A DNA stretch of 64,000 nucleotides, taken from NCBI GenBank assembly GCA_946486465.1, contig CAMLTY010000001.1, positions 6,679 to 70,678 of the forward strand, in the 5' to 3' direction. The stretch is from an uncultured Mycoplasmatota bacterium (GTDB taxonomy: Bacteria > Bacillota_I > Bacilli_A > RF39 > UBA660). A program made the position numbers and the translations under genes. Every line of letters starts with the position of its first letter. Position 1 is the stretch's first letter. Positions 42,512 through 51,869 of the stretch are shown here, piece by piece. The notes beneath the pieces are model-generated. The model was given only the letters and a program-made list of their open reading frames with translations, had not been told where the DNA came from and ran no database searches.

Positions 42512-43243
42512 GTGTTAAATTTTATTATATGTGATGATGAAAAGGAATTTAGAGATTTAATCAAAGGTGAGATTGATAAGTTTATGATGAACTATGATAT
42601 CGATTATAAGAAATATGAATGTGAGAGTTATGAAGAAGATTTTGAAAATCTTGCTAGAAAAGAGATGGGCTTTAAAGTCTATTTCTTTGATATTAAGACG
42701 AAGAATGGTTCTGGTCTAGATGCTGCTAGATTTATAAGGGAAGAACTAGATGATTGGAATTCTATTATCATAATCGTAACTGCATTTGCCGAATATAGAT
42801 ATGAAGCATTATCTAATAGGTTATATCTATTAGACTTTATAAGTAAATTTGATAATTGTAAAACAAAGTTAAATGAAACTCTAAAGATAATTTACAAACA
42901 ATTTAACAGTAGAGAAAAGTGTCTTAGTTATGAGTATAACTATACTTTGTATAATATAGCATTAAAGAATATTATCTATATTGAAAAAGAACAAGATAGT
43001 AAAAGATGTATAATTCATACAGATTATGGAACATTTAAAGCTCCGTATACATTAAGTGCAATATCAAAAGAATTAGATAAGAGATTCTTAAAAGTACATA
43101 AGAGTCTAATTTTAAATACGGATAAAATAAGAAGTTATGATATTAAAGAAAATGAAGTGCTATTTGATAATGGTATGAGCACTAACTTAATATCTAGATC
43201 AGGTAAAAAGGAGTTGATTAATTATGTCACTAATAATCATTAA
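42512..43243 (+). CDS. agrA: AgrA-like response regulator (receiver + LytTR DNA-binding domain)
   Basis: Receiver acidic residues (ICDDE, FFDIKT); C-terminal LytTR region (FLKVHKSLILNTDKI) with AgrA/ComE-like architecture. Confidence 0.8.
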   Translation: MLNFIICDDEKEFRDLIKGEIDKFMMNYDIDYKKYECESYEEDFENLARKEMGFKVYFFDIKTKNGSGLDAARFIREELDDWNSIIIIVTAFAEYRYEALSNRLYLLDFISKFDNCKTKLNETLKIIYKQFNSREKCLSYEYNYTLYNIALKNIIYIEKEQDSKRCIIHTDYGTFKAPYTLSAISKELDKRFLKVHKSLILNTDKIRSYDIKENEVLFDNGMSTNLISRSGKKELINYVTNNH

Positions 43244-44513
43244 AGTAATAGGTTCATTAATAATGGCAATTACATCCTACTTTTCTATAAAAAATATTAT
43301 TGCACCAAATTTAAAGATAAAGAAAAGTTATGTATTATTGTCATTAATAATAATATCAATGCCAACTCTCTTAATGTATGACACTAAGTATAGTCTTCTA
43401 GTAACAGTAATTGTTTATGTATTAATGATAATAATTATTAAGTATTTATTTAATATAGAAGTAACAAATTCAATTTTAGTGTGCGGATATGTTATGCTCC
43501 TAACTGCTATAATTGATGTAACATTAACCATAGTAGAAATACCAATATTCTCATATTCTCAAGTTAGAAATATTTGGTATATAAACATAGTCAATAGTAT
43601 AATCATAGGAATTATCACAATACTCGTATCTCGCAATAAAAATACAATTAAAATATTCAAACAAATAAGTTCAAAAGTGGAGGATAGTCATAAGCTGAAA
43701 ACTGCAATTTTTACAATTTTAATTATTGGAGTTGTATGCTTATTGTATTATAATATTACCACAATATTTGAATTTAATTTACAATATACTATTACTTTTT
43801 TTAGTATAGTACTGTTCTTTATATTATACTATATCTATATGGAGGAGAGAAATAATTATCAAAAATTAAAAGATGAATACAATATAATTTTTAATTATGT
43901 TCAAACATTCGAAGATTGGATAGATAATGAACAAATGTATAGACATGAATTAAAAAACAATTTGTCTATTATTAGAAATTTGTCAAATAAAAAAGAAATA
44001 AACAAAAAAATAGATAAAATGTTACAAATGAATATGTTAATAGATGATAGTTATATAGAAATATTAAAAGATATTCCAAAAGGCGGCTTAAAAGGTCTCT
44101 TATATTATAAATTGGCACTTGCAAATAAATATAATATTGATATGTATATAGATGTTAGTCCTAAAATAAATAATAAGTTAACAAAAATAAATAAAACATT
44201 ATTAGAATCAATTTGTATAATTTTAGGTATCTATATAGACAATGCAATAGATGAATGTAAAAAGATGAAAAGGAAAAATATTACTATAGAGATATATGAG
44301 AAAGACGAAAATTTAAACATTGTTATTTCAAATACATGCAATAAAGTAATTTCAATAAAAAAGATGAACAAAAAAGGTTATACCAGTAAAGGAAAAGGGC
44401 ATGGCAATGGCCTATATTTTGCAAATAAAATCATAAAAAGAGAAAAAAGACTGAACACAGAACAACAGTTTCTAAATAATTATTTCATTCAAAAAATAAT
44501 AGTTCAAAAATAA
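43224..44513 (+). CDS. agrC: AgrC-like HPK10 sensor histidine kinase
   Basis: ~6 N-terminal TM helices; H-box YRHELKNNLSIIRNL; G-box SKGKGHGNGLYF; C-terminal blocks align with S. aureus AgrC; overlaps the regulator gene by 20 nt. Confidence 0.8.
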   Translation: MSLIIIKVIGSLIMAITSYFSIKNIIAPNLKIKKSYVLLSLIIISMPTLLMYDTKYSLLVTVIVYVLMIIIIKYLFNIEVTNSILVCGYVMLLTAIIDVTLTIVEIPIFSYSQVRNIWYINIVNSIIIGIITILVSRNKNTIKIFKQISSKVEDSHKLKTAIFTILIIGVVCLLYYNITTIFEFNLQYTITFFSIVLFFILYYIYMEERNNYQKLKDEYNIIFNYVQTFEDWIDNEQMYRHELKNNLSIIRNLSNKKEINKKIDKMLQMNMLIDDSYIEILKDIPKGGLKGLLYYKLALANKYNIDMYIDVSPKINNKLTKINKTLLESICIILGIYIDNAIDECKKMKRKNITIEIYEKDENLNIVISNTCNKVISIKKMNKKGYTSKGKGHGNGLYFANKIIKREKRLNTEQQFLNNYFIQKIIVQK

Positions 44514-44532
44514 AAAGAGTGAATATTCACTC
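44512..44532 (-). terminator. Terminator for agrBD (minus strand)
   Basis: Perfect palindrome GAGTGAATATTCACTC followed on the minus strand by TTTTTA; lies between the convergent agrC and agrD stops. Confidence 0.55.
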
Positions 44533-44545
44533 CAGCATGATAAAA

Positions 44546-44665
44546 CTAATCCATATTTTTTAGTGCATCAGGCTCATTAAGACACCACCAAACGCATCCA
44601 ATACTAGCACTTGCAGTAGCTAACATAGCAACAGCTGCTAGAACTTTAGCCATTCTTTTTTTCAT
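44546..44665 (-). CDS. agrD: AgrD-like autoinducing-peptide precursor (39 aa: MKKRMAKVLAAVAMLATASASIGCVWWCLNEPDALKNMD); absent from the ORF track
   Basis: Hand translation of the minus strand; amphipathic N-terminal leader, Cys-containing core CVWWC, then a charged tail LNEPDALKNMD with conserved Pro; sits 48 bp downstream of agrB on the same strand. Confidence 0.75.
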   Translation of the reverse strand: MKKRMAKVLAAVAMLATASASIGCVWWCLNEPDALKNMD

Positions 44666-44713
44666 TTCCTTCTCATTCCTTTCTTTACTACTATTTATTT
44701 AAACATAAAATGT

Positions 44714-45307
44714 TTAAACCCTCTTATAATTTCTATATGGTTCTTTAAATATTAAATACATAATAGGAGATATTAATATTGTTTCAATAAGTAAAGCTGC
44801 CATTAATAAATTACTAATTTCCATACCATTAAACACTATAATAAGTACACTATATAAAACTGCCAAACTACAAGCCACTACTTTTCTAAGTACTCTTTTC
44901 TTCTTATTAGTTAAAGGTCTTTTCCAAGTGTCAGCAGGTGCACAAATTATAAATGTTATAACTGAAACTATACATAGAATTATCTTAATATTAAGACCAA
45001 CTTCGATACTAGTAAATAAATATGGTAGTCCTAATATCAAAAGTGTACTCGTAATTAAACAAACTATAGACTTACTTGCATGAAATCCAAAACCAGGGAA
45101 TCTAATTATATTAAAAAGTATTAACGTAATAATAAACTCTTTAATAAATCCTAGAAGAAAAGCTACTAGAAAGATTACTACAAGCTTAGTTATAGTCATA
45201 TATAACCCTTCTAAACCATATTGTAATTTTTCTTTTTCTTCTTCGTTTAAGTTTTCTTGATTACTAGCAATAAAGTTCATAGTATGATTTAAAAATGCTT
45301 CTTTCAT
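44714..45307 (-). CDS. agrB: AgrB-like membrane peptidase (AIP-processing)
   Basis: 197 aa polytopic; catalytic His/Cys block RFPGFGFHASKSIVCLI (compare S. aureus RRHAHGAHAPSSFWCYV); basic loop PADTWKRPLTNKKKR (compare PAATKKKPIPVRLIKRKK). Confidence 0.85.
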   Translation of the reverse strand: MKEAFLNHTMNFIASNQENLNEEEKEKLQYGLEGLYMTITKLVVIFLVAFLLGFIKEFIITLILFNIIRFPGFGFHASKSIVCLITSTLLILGLPYLFTSIEVGLNIKIILCIVSVITFIICAPADTWKRPLTNKKKRVLRKVVACSLAVLYSVLIIVFNGMEISNLLMAALLIETILISPIMYLIFKEPYRNYKRV

Positions 45308-45560
45308 ACCATTCCTCCTATGCTATAAACATTATATCTCTATAATATTTTAAAATATAATTTTTCCATAAAATACATAATATGAGCTTTTTAAAGATAT
45401 TTCGACATGCTTTTTCATTAAAAATACATTTTAAGGCCTCATAATAACATTTGACGGCAATTTTCTAAATATTCTTATAACAGTTGCTATAATGGACTCA
45501 CATCGTTTGAAAAGTAGTTCTAGCAAAAAAAAGGAATAAAAAGATGTGGAGGTGAGCCTA

Positions 45561-45779
45561 GTGATTGGAAGAGTAAAATGGTTCAATAATGAAAAAGGGT
45601 ATGGCTTTATTGAATACAAAGAAAACGAAGATATTTTCGTTCATTATTCAACTATTAATTGTGACGGTTATAAAACTTTGTCTGAAGGTCAATATGTAGA
45701 ATTTACATTACTTGAAACTAGCAAGGGATATCAAGCAGTCGATGTTACACCAATAAAAGAACCAGCTTTAGCAAAATAG
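45561..45779 (+). CDS. cspA: Cold-shock protein (CspA family)
   Basis: MIGRVKWFNNEKGYGFIE... RNP1/RNP2 motifs; GTG 45561 is 5 nt after GGAGGTGA. Confidence 0.85.
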   Translation: MIGRVKWFNNEKGYGFIEYKENEDIFVHYSTINCDGYKTLSEGQYVEFTLLETSKGYQAVDVTPIKEPALAK

Positions 45780-45831
45780 TTGGTTTTTTGCTCCTTTTTA
45801 TGGTATATTAATATTAAGGAAGGTGATAATA

Positions 45832-46358
45832 TGGAAATAATTATTCGTGGTGACAAAATTGAAGTAACTGCTGCTATGAAAGACTACATTAATGAGAAAT
45901 TAAAAAGACTAGAGAAATATCTAGAAAATAGTAGCGATGTACGTGCTAACGTAGTAGTAAAAGTTAAAGGACATATGCAAACTGTCGAAATTACAATTCC
46001 ACTTCACAATTTTATTATTAGGTCTGAAGAGACTCAGGATGATTTCTATGCATCAGTAGATAAAGCTATAGATGTTATAGAACGTCAAATAAGAAAGAAC
46101 AAAACTAAGATTAAAGCAAAAGAAGCTAAAACTAGAATTGACTTTAGTATTGTAGATATTGAAGAAGAGGAGCATGAAGAAAACAATACTATTAAACACA
46201 AGAAAATAGAAGTAAAACCAATGGATGAGGAAGAAGCTATTCTTCAATTAGAATTACTAGGTCATGAATTTTATTTATTTAAAAACGTTGACACTGATAA
46301 AGAAGCAGTGGTATATAAAAGAAAAAATGGTGGCTACGGTATAATAGAAGCCGAGTAA
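45832..46358 (+). CDS. hpf: Ribosome hibernation-promoting factor (long HPF/YvyD)
   Basis: N-terminal YfiA domain MEIIIRGDKIEVTAAMKDYI; C-terminal dimerisation domain; immediately upstream of secA as in Bacillus. Confidence 0.9.
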
Positions 46359-46474
46359 AGATAAAAAATGAGGATGATATGAAAAATATCATTCTTTTTT
46401 TGACAAAATACCCCTAAAACCTTTTTATTATCTTAATTTTCTGATAAAATACATTATGCAAGGAGATGTTTATA

Positions 46475-48973
46475 ATGGGATTATTTAGAAAACTATTTGA
46501 TCATGAATATAAAGAATTAAAAAAGTTTACAGTACAAGCAGATAAAATTGTCGCTCTTGATGAAGAGATGACTAAACTTTCTGATGACGAATTAAAACAT
46601 AAAACAGAAGAATTTAAAGAAAGACTATCTAATGGAGAAACTTTAGAAGACATTTTAGTTGAAGCTTTCGCTGTTGCAAGAGAAGCAGCATATCGTGTAA
46701 TACGAGAAAAACCTTTCTATGTTCAAGTATTAGGCGCTTTAGCAATTCATTATGGTAATATTGCTGAGATGAAAACAGGTGAAGGTAAAACCCTAACTTG
46801 TGTATTACCTGCTTATCTTAATGCCTTAGAAGGCAAAGGAGTTCATATAATTACAGTCAATGAATATCTTGCCACTCGTGATGCCGATTGGATGGGAGGC
46901 ATACATCGTTTTCTTGGCCTAACTGTAGGTGTTAATACAAGAGATATGTCTCCAAAAGAAAAACAAGAGGCTTATAACTGTGATATTCTATATTCCACTA
47001 ATAATGAAATAGGTTTTGATTACTTAAGAGATAATATGGTAATTAGAAAAGAAAATAGGGTACAACGGCCTTTAAACTTTGCTATTGTTGATGAGGTTGA
47101 CTCTATTCTAATCGATGAAGCAAGAACCCCATTAATTATATCAGGCGGAGCCCAGCATAGTGCCAACCTATATATAGATGCCGATAAATTTGCAAAGTCT
47201 TTAAAAGAAGAAGAGGATTATATCTGTGATGAAACTGGTAAGAGTACAATAAGTGTTTCCTTAACAGATGCCGGTAGCGAAAAAGCAGAGAAAATGTTTA
47301 AGATAAAAAATCTATATGAAATAGAAAATGCTACTTTGCTACATTATATTAATCAAGCTCTACGTGCTAACTATGCTATGAAAAAAGATGTAGATTACGT
47401 TGTTCAAGATGATGAAATCGTAATAGTAGACCAATTTACTGGACGTTTAATGAAAGGAAGAGCTTATAGTGATGGACTACATCAAGCAATAGAAGCTAAA
47501 GAGGGAGTTCATATAAACCAAGAAACTAAAACGCTTGCAACTATAACATTCCAAAACTTATTTAGAATGTATAAAAAACTATCAGGAATGACTGGTACTG
47601 CTAAAACGGAAGAAGAAGAGTTTAGAGATATTTATAATATGTATGTTATAGAAATACCTACTAATAAGCCAGTTATAAGAGTAGATGCTCCAGATTTAGT
47701 TTTTGCAACAAGAAGTGCTAAATATAAAGCAATTATTAATGAGGTAAAATCTCGTTATGATAAAGGTCAACCTGTCTTAATTGGTACTATCGCTATTGAA
47801 ACAAGTGAGCTTATCAGTGATTTATTAAAGAAAGCTCATATACCTCATGAAATATTAAATGCTAAGAATCATGCTCGTGAAGCTGAAATTATCTCTAAGA
47901 TTGGAGGACATCGTTCTGTTACCATCGCAACAAACATGGCTGGGCGTGGTACTGATATTAAACTATCAGATGAAATAAGAGAACTTGGTGGTTTATGTGT
48001 AATAGGTACAGAACGTCATGAATCACGTCGTATCGATAATCAGTTAAGAGGTCGTTCTGGTCGTCAAGGAGACCCAGGTTATACACAGTTCTTTGTCTCT
48101 ATGGAAGATGACTTAATGATTAGATTTGGTAGTGAACATATTAGAGAAATGATGAAGAGCTTTGGCTTTGGAGATCAAGCTATTCAAAGTAAGACCTTTA
48201 CAAAAGCCATAAGTACAGCTCAAAAACGTGTAGAAGGAAATAACTTTGATGCTAGAAAACATTTACTACAATATGATGATGTTATGAATACTCAAAGAGA
48301 AATCATGTATGGTAAACGTAATGAAATCTTAGATAGTGAATCTATTCATGAAACCGTATTAAACTCTATTCATAATCATATTACAGATTTAGTTAAATCT
48401 AGAAATGCTGATAGTCATATAACAGATGAAGAATTACAAAGTATCACTGACTTTGCTAATGAGAACTTACTTAAAAATGATATCAGTAAAGTAGAACTTG
48501 AATCTAGAGATGCAGATGATATTATAGAGTATCTTTATGAAAAAGCTAAAGGTGAATATGAAGCTAAGATTAAAGAAGTACCAGTAGAAATTAGTAATGA
48601 GTTTGAAAAAGCTTTATCACTACAAGTTATAGATAACTACTGGATGGAACAAATAAATGTAATTAGTCACTTAAGAGAAGGAATTTATCTTCGTCAGTAT
48701 GGACAAGATGACCCTCTAAGAGCTTATACTACAGAAGGTTATGGACTATTTGATGATATGCTTCAAAAAATAGATAGAGATATAACAGTATTCTTACTTA
48801 AAGCAGAAATAAGACAAAACATTGAAAGAAAACAAGTCGCAAAGAATCAACAAACTAATGATGTTAAAGATACAAAGAAAACACCTAAGAAAGTTAAAAA
48901 AGTAGGTAGAAATGACCCTTGTCCATGTGGAAGTGGTAAGAAATATAAACAATGCTGTGGAAAAAACAAATAA
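46475..48973 (+). CDS. secA: Preprotein translocase ATPase SecA
   Basis: Walker A MKTGEGKT, DEVD; C-terminal zinc finger CPCGSGKKYKQCCG; ATG 46475 matches the Bacillus SecA N-terminus. Confidence 0.95.
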   Translation: MGLFRKLFDHEYKELKKFTVQADKIVALDEEMTKLSDDELKHKTEEFKERLSNGETLEDILVEAFAVAREAAYRVIREKPFYVQVLGALAIHYGNIAEMKTGEGKTLTCVLPAYLNALEGKGVHIITVNEYLATRDADWMGGIHRFLGLTVGVNTRDMSPKEKQEAYNCDILYSTNNEIGFDYLRDNMVIRKENRVQRPLNFAIVDEVDSILIDEARTPLIISGGAQHSANLYIDADKFAKSLKEEEDYICDETGKSTISVSLTDAGSEKAEKMFKIKNLYEIENATLLHYINQALRANYAMKKDVDYVVQDDEIVIVDQFTGRLMKGRAYSDGLHQAIEAKEGVHINQETKTLATITFQNLFRMYKKLSGMTGTAKTEEEEFRDIYNMYVIEIPTNKPVIRVDAPDLVFATRSAKYKAIINEVKSRYDKGQPVLIGTIAIETSELISDLLKKAHIPHEILNAKNHAREAEIISKIGGHRSVTIATNMAGRGTDIKLSDEIRELGGLCVIGTERHESRRIDNQLRGRSGRQGDPGYTQFFVSMEDDLMIRFGSEHIREMMKSFGFGDQAIQSKTFTKAISTAQKRVEGNNFDARKHLLQYDDVMNTQREIMYGKRNEILDSESIHETVLNSIHNHITDLVKSRNADSHITDEELQSITDFANENLLKNDISKVELESRDADDIIEYLYEKAKGEYEAKIKEVPVEISNEFEKALSLQVIDNYWMEQINVISHLREGIYLRQYGQDDPLRAYTTEGYGLFDDMLQKIDRDITVFLLKAEIRQNIERKQVAKNQQTNDVKDTKKTPKKVKKVGRNDPCPCGSGKKYKQCCGKNK

Positions 48974-49023
48974 AGCTTTATTCTATAAGTATTTTGTAAA
49001 ATTGCATTAAAGGAGGAGAAAAA

Positions 49024-49716
49024 ATGGAAAGACCTATAACTACGCTATTTATGCTAGAATCATTAGATGGAAAAATAAATAGTGGGAATAGTGATAATTT
49101 AGATGCTGATAAAGATTGGTGTCAAATTAAAGGTGTAAAAGAAGGATTACATCAATATTATGAAATAGAAGCAACAACAGATTATTACTCTTTAAATACT
49201 GGTAGAGTAATGGCTAAAATCGGCATTAATGATAGAAAAGAATATCATGAGAAAGTAGATGTCAGTTTTATAATTATTGACAATAAACCTCATTTAAATG
49301 AACATGGAATTGATTATCTATGTAATTGGGTAGAAAAGTTAATATTAGTAACTACCAATAAAAATCATATAGCTTTTTCCTTAAAAGAAAAGTATGAAAA
49401 CTTGGATATTCTCTATTATGAAGTTTTAGATTTAAAAACTTTATTAACTGATATGAAACAAAAATATAACTCTGAAAAAATAACAATCCAATCTGGTGGA
49501 AATTTAAATGGAAAATTCTTACGAGAAGATTTAATTGACTATGTCAATGTTGTAATTGCTCCATTATTAGTAGGAGGTAGAGATACTTCTACATTAATAG
49601 ATGGAGATGCTATTAGCACAGTAAACGAATTAAATAAGTTGAAAGCTTTACAATTAATTGAATGTAACAAATTAGAAGACTCTTATATTCAATTAAAATA
49701 TAAAATAATTAGATAA
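49024..49716 (+). CDS. Dihydrofolate-reductase-fold (RibD C-terminal-like) family protein
   Basis: 230 aa; LFMLESLDGKI and ...LVGGRD... patterns typical of RibD_C/DHFR-like proteins. Confidence 0.55.
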   Translation: MERPITTLFMLESLDGKINSGNSDNLDADKDWCQIKGVKEGLHQYYEIEATTDYYSLNTGRVMAKIGINDRKEYHEKVDVSFIIIDNKPHLNEHGIDYLCNWVEKLILVTTNKNHIAFSLKEKYENLDILYYEVLDLKTLLTDMKQKYNSEKITIQSGGNLNGKFLREDLIDYVNVVIAPLLVGGRDTSTLIDGDAISTVNELNKLKALQLIECNKLEDSYIQLKYKIIR

Positions 49717-49732
49717 TAAAAAACATATTAAG

Positions 49733-49770
49733 AACACTTGTGACCTCATTAAGTCATAAGTGTTTTTTCT
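49733..49770 (+). terminator. Terminator after the DHFR-like gene
   Basis: AACACTTGTGAC-ctcattaa-GTCATAAGTGTT followed by TTTTCT. Confidence 0.6.
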
Positions 49771-49929
49771 GTAAAAATAATACTATACATTTGCAAAGCT
49801 GTATGTTAATACATACCCATAACTATTAGAACGAGTACACTATTTTACAAAATATTCGTGATTTAATATTATAGAAAATATATAAATATAGTATTCATTC
49901 CCTTAAGAAAAATAACATTATAATATATC

Positions 49930-50575
49930 AATTAGAGGACGGTAAGACAAAGATAGATGTAAAATTAGAAGATAAAACAAACAACAAATGGTTGATTTAT
50001 ATGATACAAGTAAACATAATATTAGTTCGCATATAAAAAATATTTTTAATGAAGGGGAGGTAAGTGAGAATTTCAACTGTCAAGAAATTCTTGACAGTTC
50101 AAAAAGAAGAAAATAGGAATGTTAACATTGTTCACAAAATACCATTTTATTTGATAGCATATGTAAGAAAAATCTAAATAATATTGTTATAAAAGAAATA
50201 CTTAGTCAAACTTTAAAAATTAGTTTAAATAAGTATAGATAATCATTTCAATGATATTAGAAATATTGATAAGATATTAACTAAATATTGGAGAGTAAGA
50301 TAACTAATAACAGCTTTAGGATATTCTAGATGGAGAAATTTTAAAAAGATTATTAATAAATCAAAATATCATGTAATGTTAGTAACATTAATGTAAGTGA
50401 CCGTTTTGCCAACGTCGGCAAAATGGTGCCAATGCCAATACAGCAAAAAAATCATATAAAAAGTCTATTGTTAAAAAAGTTGATAAGAACTCAACATGTC
50501 GGAAACTCCGACATGTTAGATAATAAAAAAGCTATAAGTAATAAAATAGATGATAAAGAAAAACATGAATAGTGT
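49930..50575 (+). pseudogene. Decayed RhuM/DinD-like (virulence RhuM family) gene remnant with multiple frameshifts
   Basis: Frame-hopping translations give EDGKTKIDVKLEDKT..., NISSHIKNIFNEGEVSENF.., TVKKFLTVQKEENRNV..., ...ALGYSRWRNFKKIINKSKY..., which line up with conserved RhuM-family blocks; no continuous ORF. Confidence 0.5.
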
Positions 50576-50686
50576 TATATACTAACTAAAAACTGTAAAG
50601 TTATGCTAAAAAGTATAACTTTTTTTGTTAATTACACATTTTATAAAAATTAAAATGCTATAATGAATATAGAAAGGATGGTAGAA

Positions 50687-51748
50687 ATGAAAGGATTAAG
50701 AATATTCCAATATGGTTGTGGAAAAATGAGTGTTTATACTATGAAATATGTCATAGATAATGGAGGTACTATAGTTGGTGCAGTCGATATTAATCTAAGT
50801 GTTATAGGAAAAGATATCGGAGAAATTATGGGAGGAGATAAAGTAGGAGTAGTTGTTGAAAATGCTAATAAGGCAGAAGAACTTCTAACTGAATTAAAAC
50901 CTGATTGTGTTATCGTTACAACTATGAGTTTACTTGCAGATGTAGAAGATGCCTTAATGGTATGTGCTAAATGTGGAGTTAATGCTATTACTACTTGTGA
51001 AGAAGCATTTTATCCAATGAACTCTAACCCTACTTTAACAGAGAAAATTGATAAACTTGCCAAAGAAAATAATTGTACAATTACAGGTAGTGGTTATCAA
51101 GATGCTTTCTGGGGTAATCTAATTACTACTTTAATCGGATCAAGTCACAATATTACTAAGATAAAAGGTAGTTCTTCTTACAATGTAGAAGACTATGGTA
51201 TCGCTCTTGCTAAAGCTCATGGAGCAGGACTTACTAAAGAGGAATTTGCTAGTCAAGTAGCAAGTGCCGATGAAATAAGTGATGAAGAAAGAATGAAAGT
51301 AATAGAAAGTGGTGCTTACTCTCCATCATATATGTGGAATGTTAATGGCTGGCTTTGCGATAAATTAGGTTTAACAGTAGTAAGCCAACGTCAAAAATGT
51401 GTACCACAATTCAATGATTATGATATTGAATCTAGTACTTTAGGAATGACAGTTAAATCCGGCATGGCTACAGGTATGAGTGCTGTTGTTACATCAGAAA
51501 CAAAAGAAGGTATTACTCTAGAAACAGAATGTATTGGTAAAGTTTACAATAAAGATGAGTTTGATAGAAATGAGTGGACAATCTATGGTGAACCTGATAC
51601 AACTCTAGTAATTGAAAAACCAGATACAGTAAGATTAACTTGTGCAGCCATTGTTAATAGAATTCCTGATGTAATTGCAAGTGAATCTGGTTTCATCCCA
51701 ACATCACGTATGGGAGAGTTAAAATACATAAAAGAATCTAATAATTAA
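50687..51748 (+). CDS. DapB-like NAD(P)-dependent amine dehydrogenase family protein (2,4-diaminopentanoate-dehydrogenase-like)
   Basis: Rossmann N-terminus MKGLRIFQYGCGKMSV; ~350 aa; ATG 50687 after aaaggatgg. Confidence 0.5.
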   Translation: MKGLRIFQYGCGKMSVYTMKYVIDNGGTIVGAVDINLSVIGKDIGEIMGGDKVGVVVENANKAEELLTELKPDCVIVTTMSLLADVEDALMVCAKCGVNAITTCEEAFYPMNSNPTLTEKIDKLAKENNCTITGSGYQDAFWGNLITTLIGSSHNITKIKGSSSYNVEDYGIALAKAHGAGLTKEEFASQVASADEISDEERMKVIESGAYSPSYMWNVNGWLCDKLGLTVVSQRQKCVPQFNDYDIESSTLGMTVKSGMATGMSAVVTSETKEGITLETECIGKVYNKDEFDRNEWTIYGEPDTTLVIEKPDTVRLTCAAIVNRIPDVIASESGFIPTSRMGELKYIKESNN

Positions 51749-51869
51749 AATATCCACAATATCTGTGGAAAAAGATAGAGATGTTAGTTTATGCTAGCAT
51801 CTTTTAAAGTTTAATTTGACGAACAAGAAAAATACACATATAATATCATTAAAGAAAAGAGGAATTATT

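Noticed and set aside
45308-45560. AgrA (LytTR) direct-repeat boxes in the agrB-cspA intergenic region
   Set aside because: Candidate 9-mers (ACATTTGAC, ACAGTTGCT) are 24 bp apart rather than 12 and abut the cspA -10. No convincing pair found by eye; needs a matrix search
51752-51773. Palindromic motif interpreted as an NrdR box or a parS site
   Set aside because: The half-site resembles NrdR (ACACAATA) and parS (TTCCAC/GTGGAA) only partly. Spacing is off by one for NrdR and the halves are split by 7 bp relative to parS. No nrd genes are nearby and copies sit at gene 3' ends or inside a CDS
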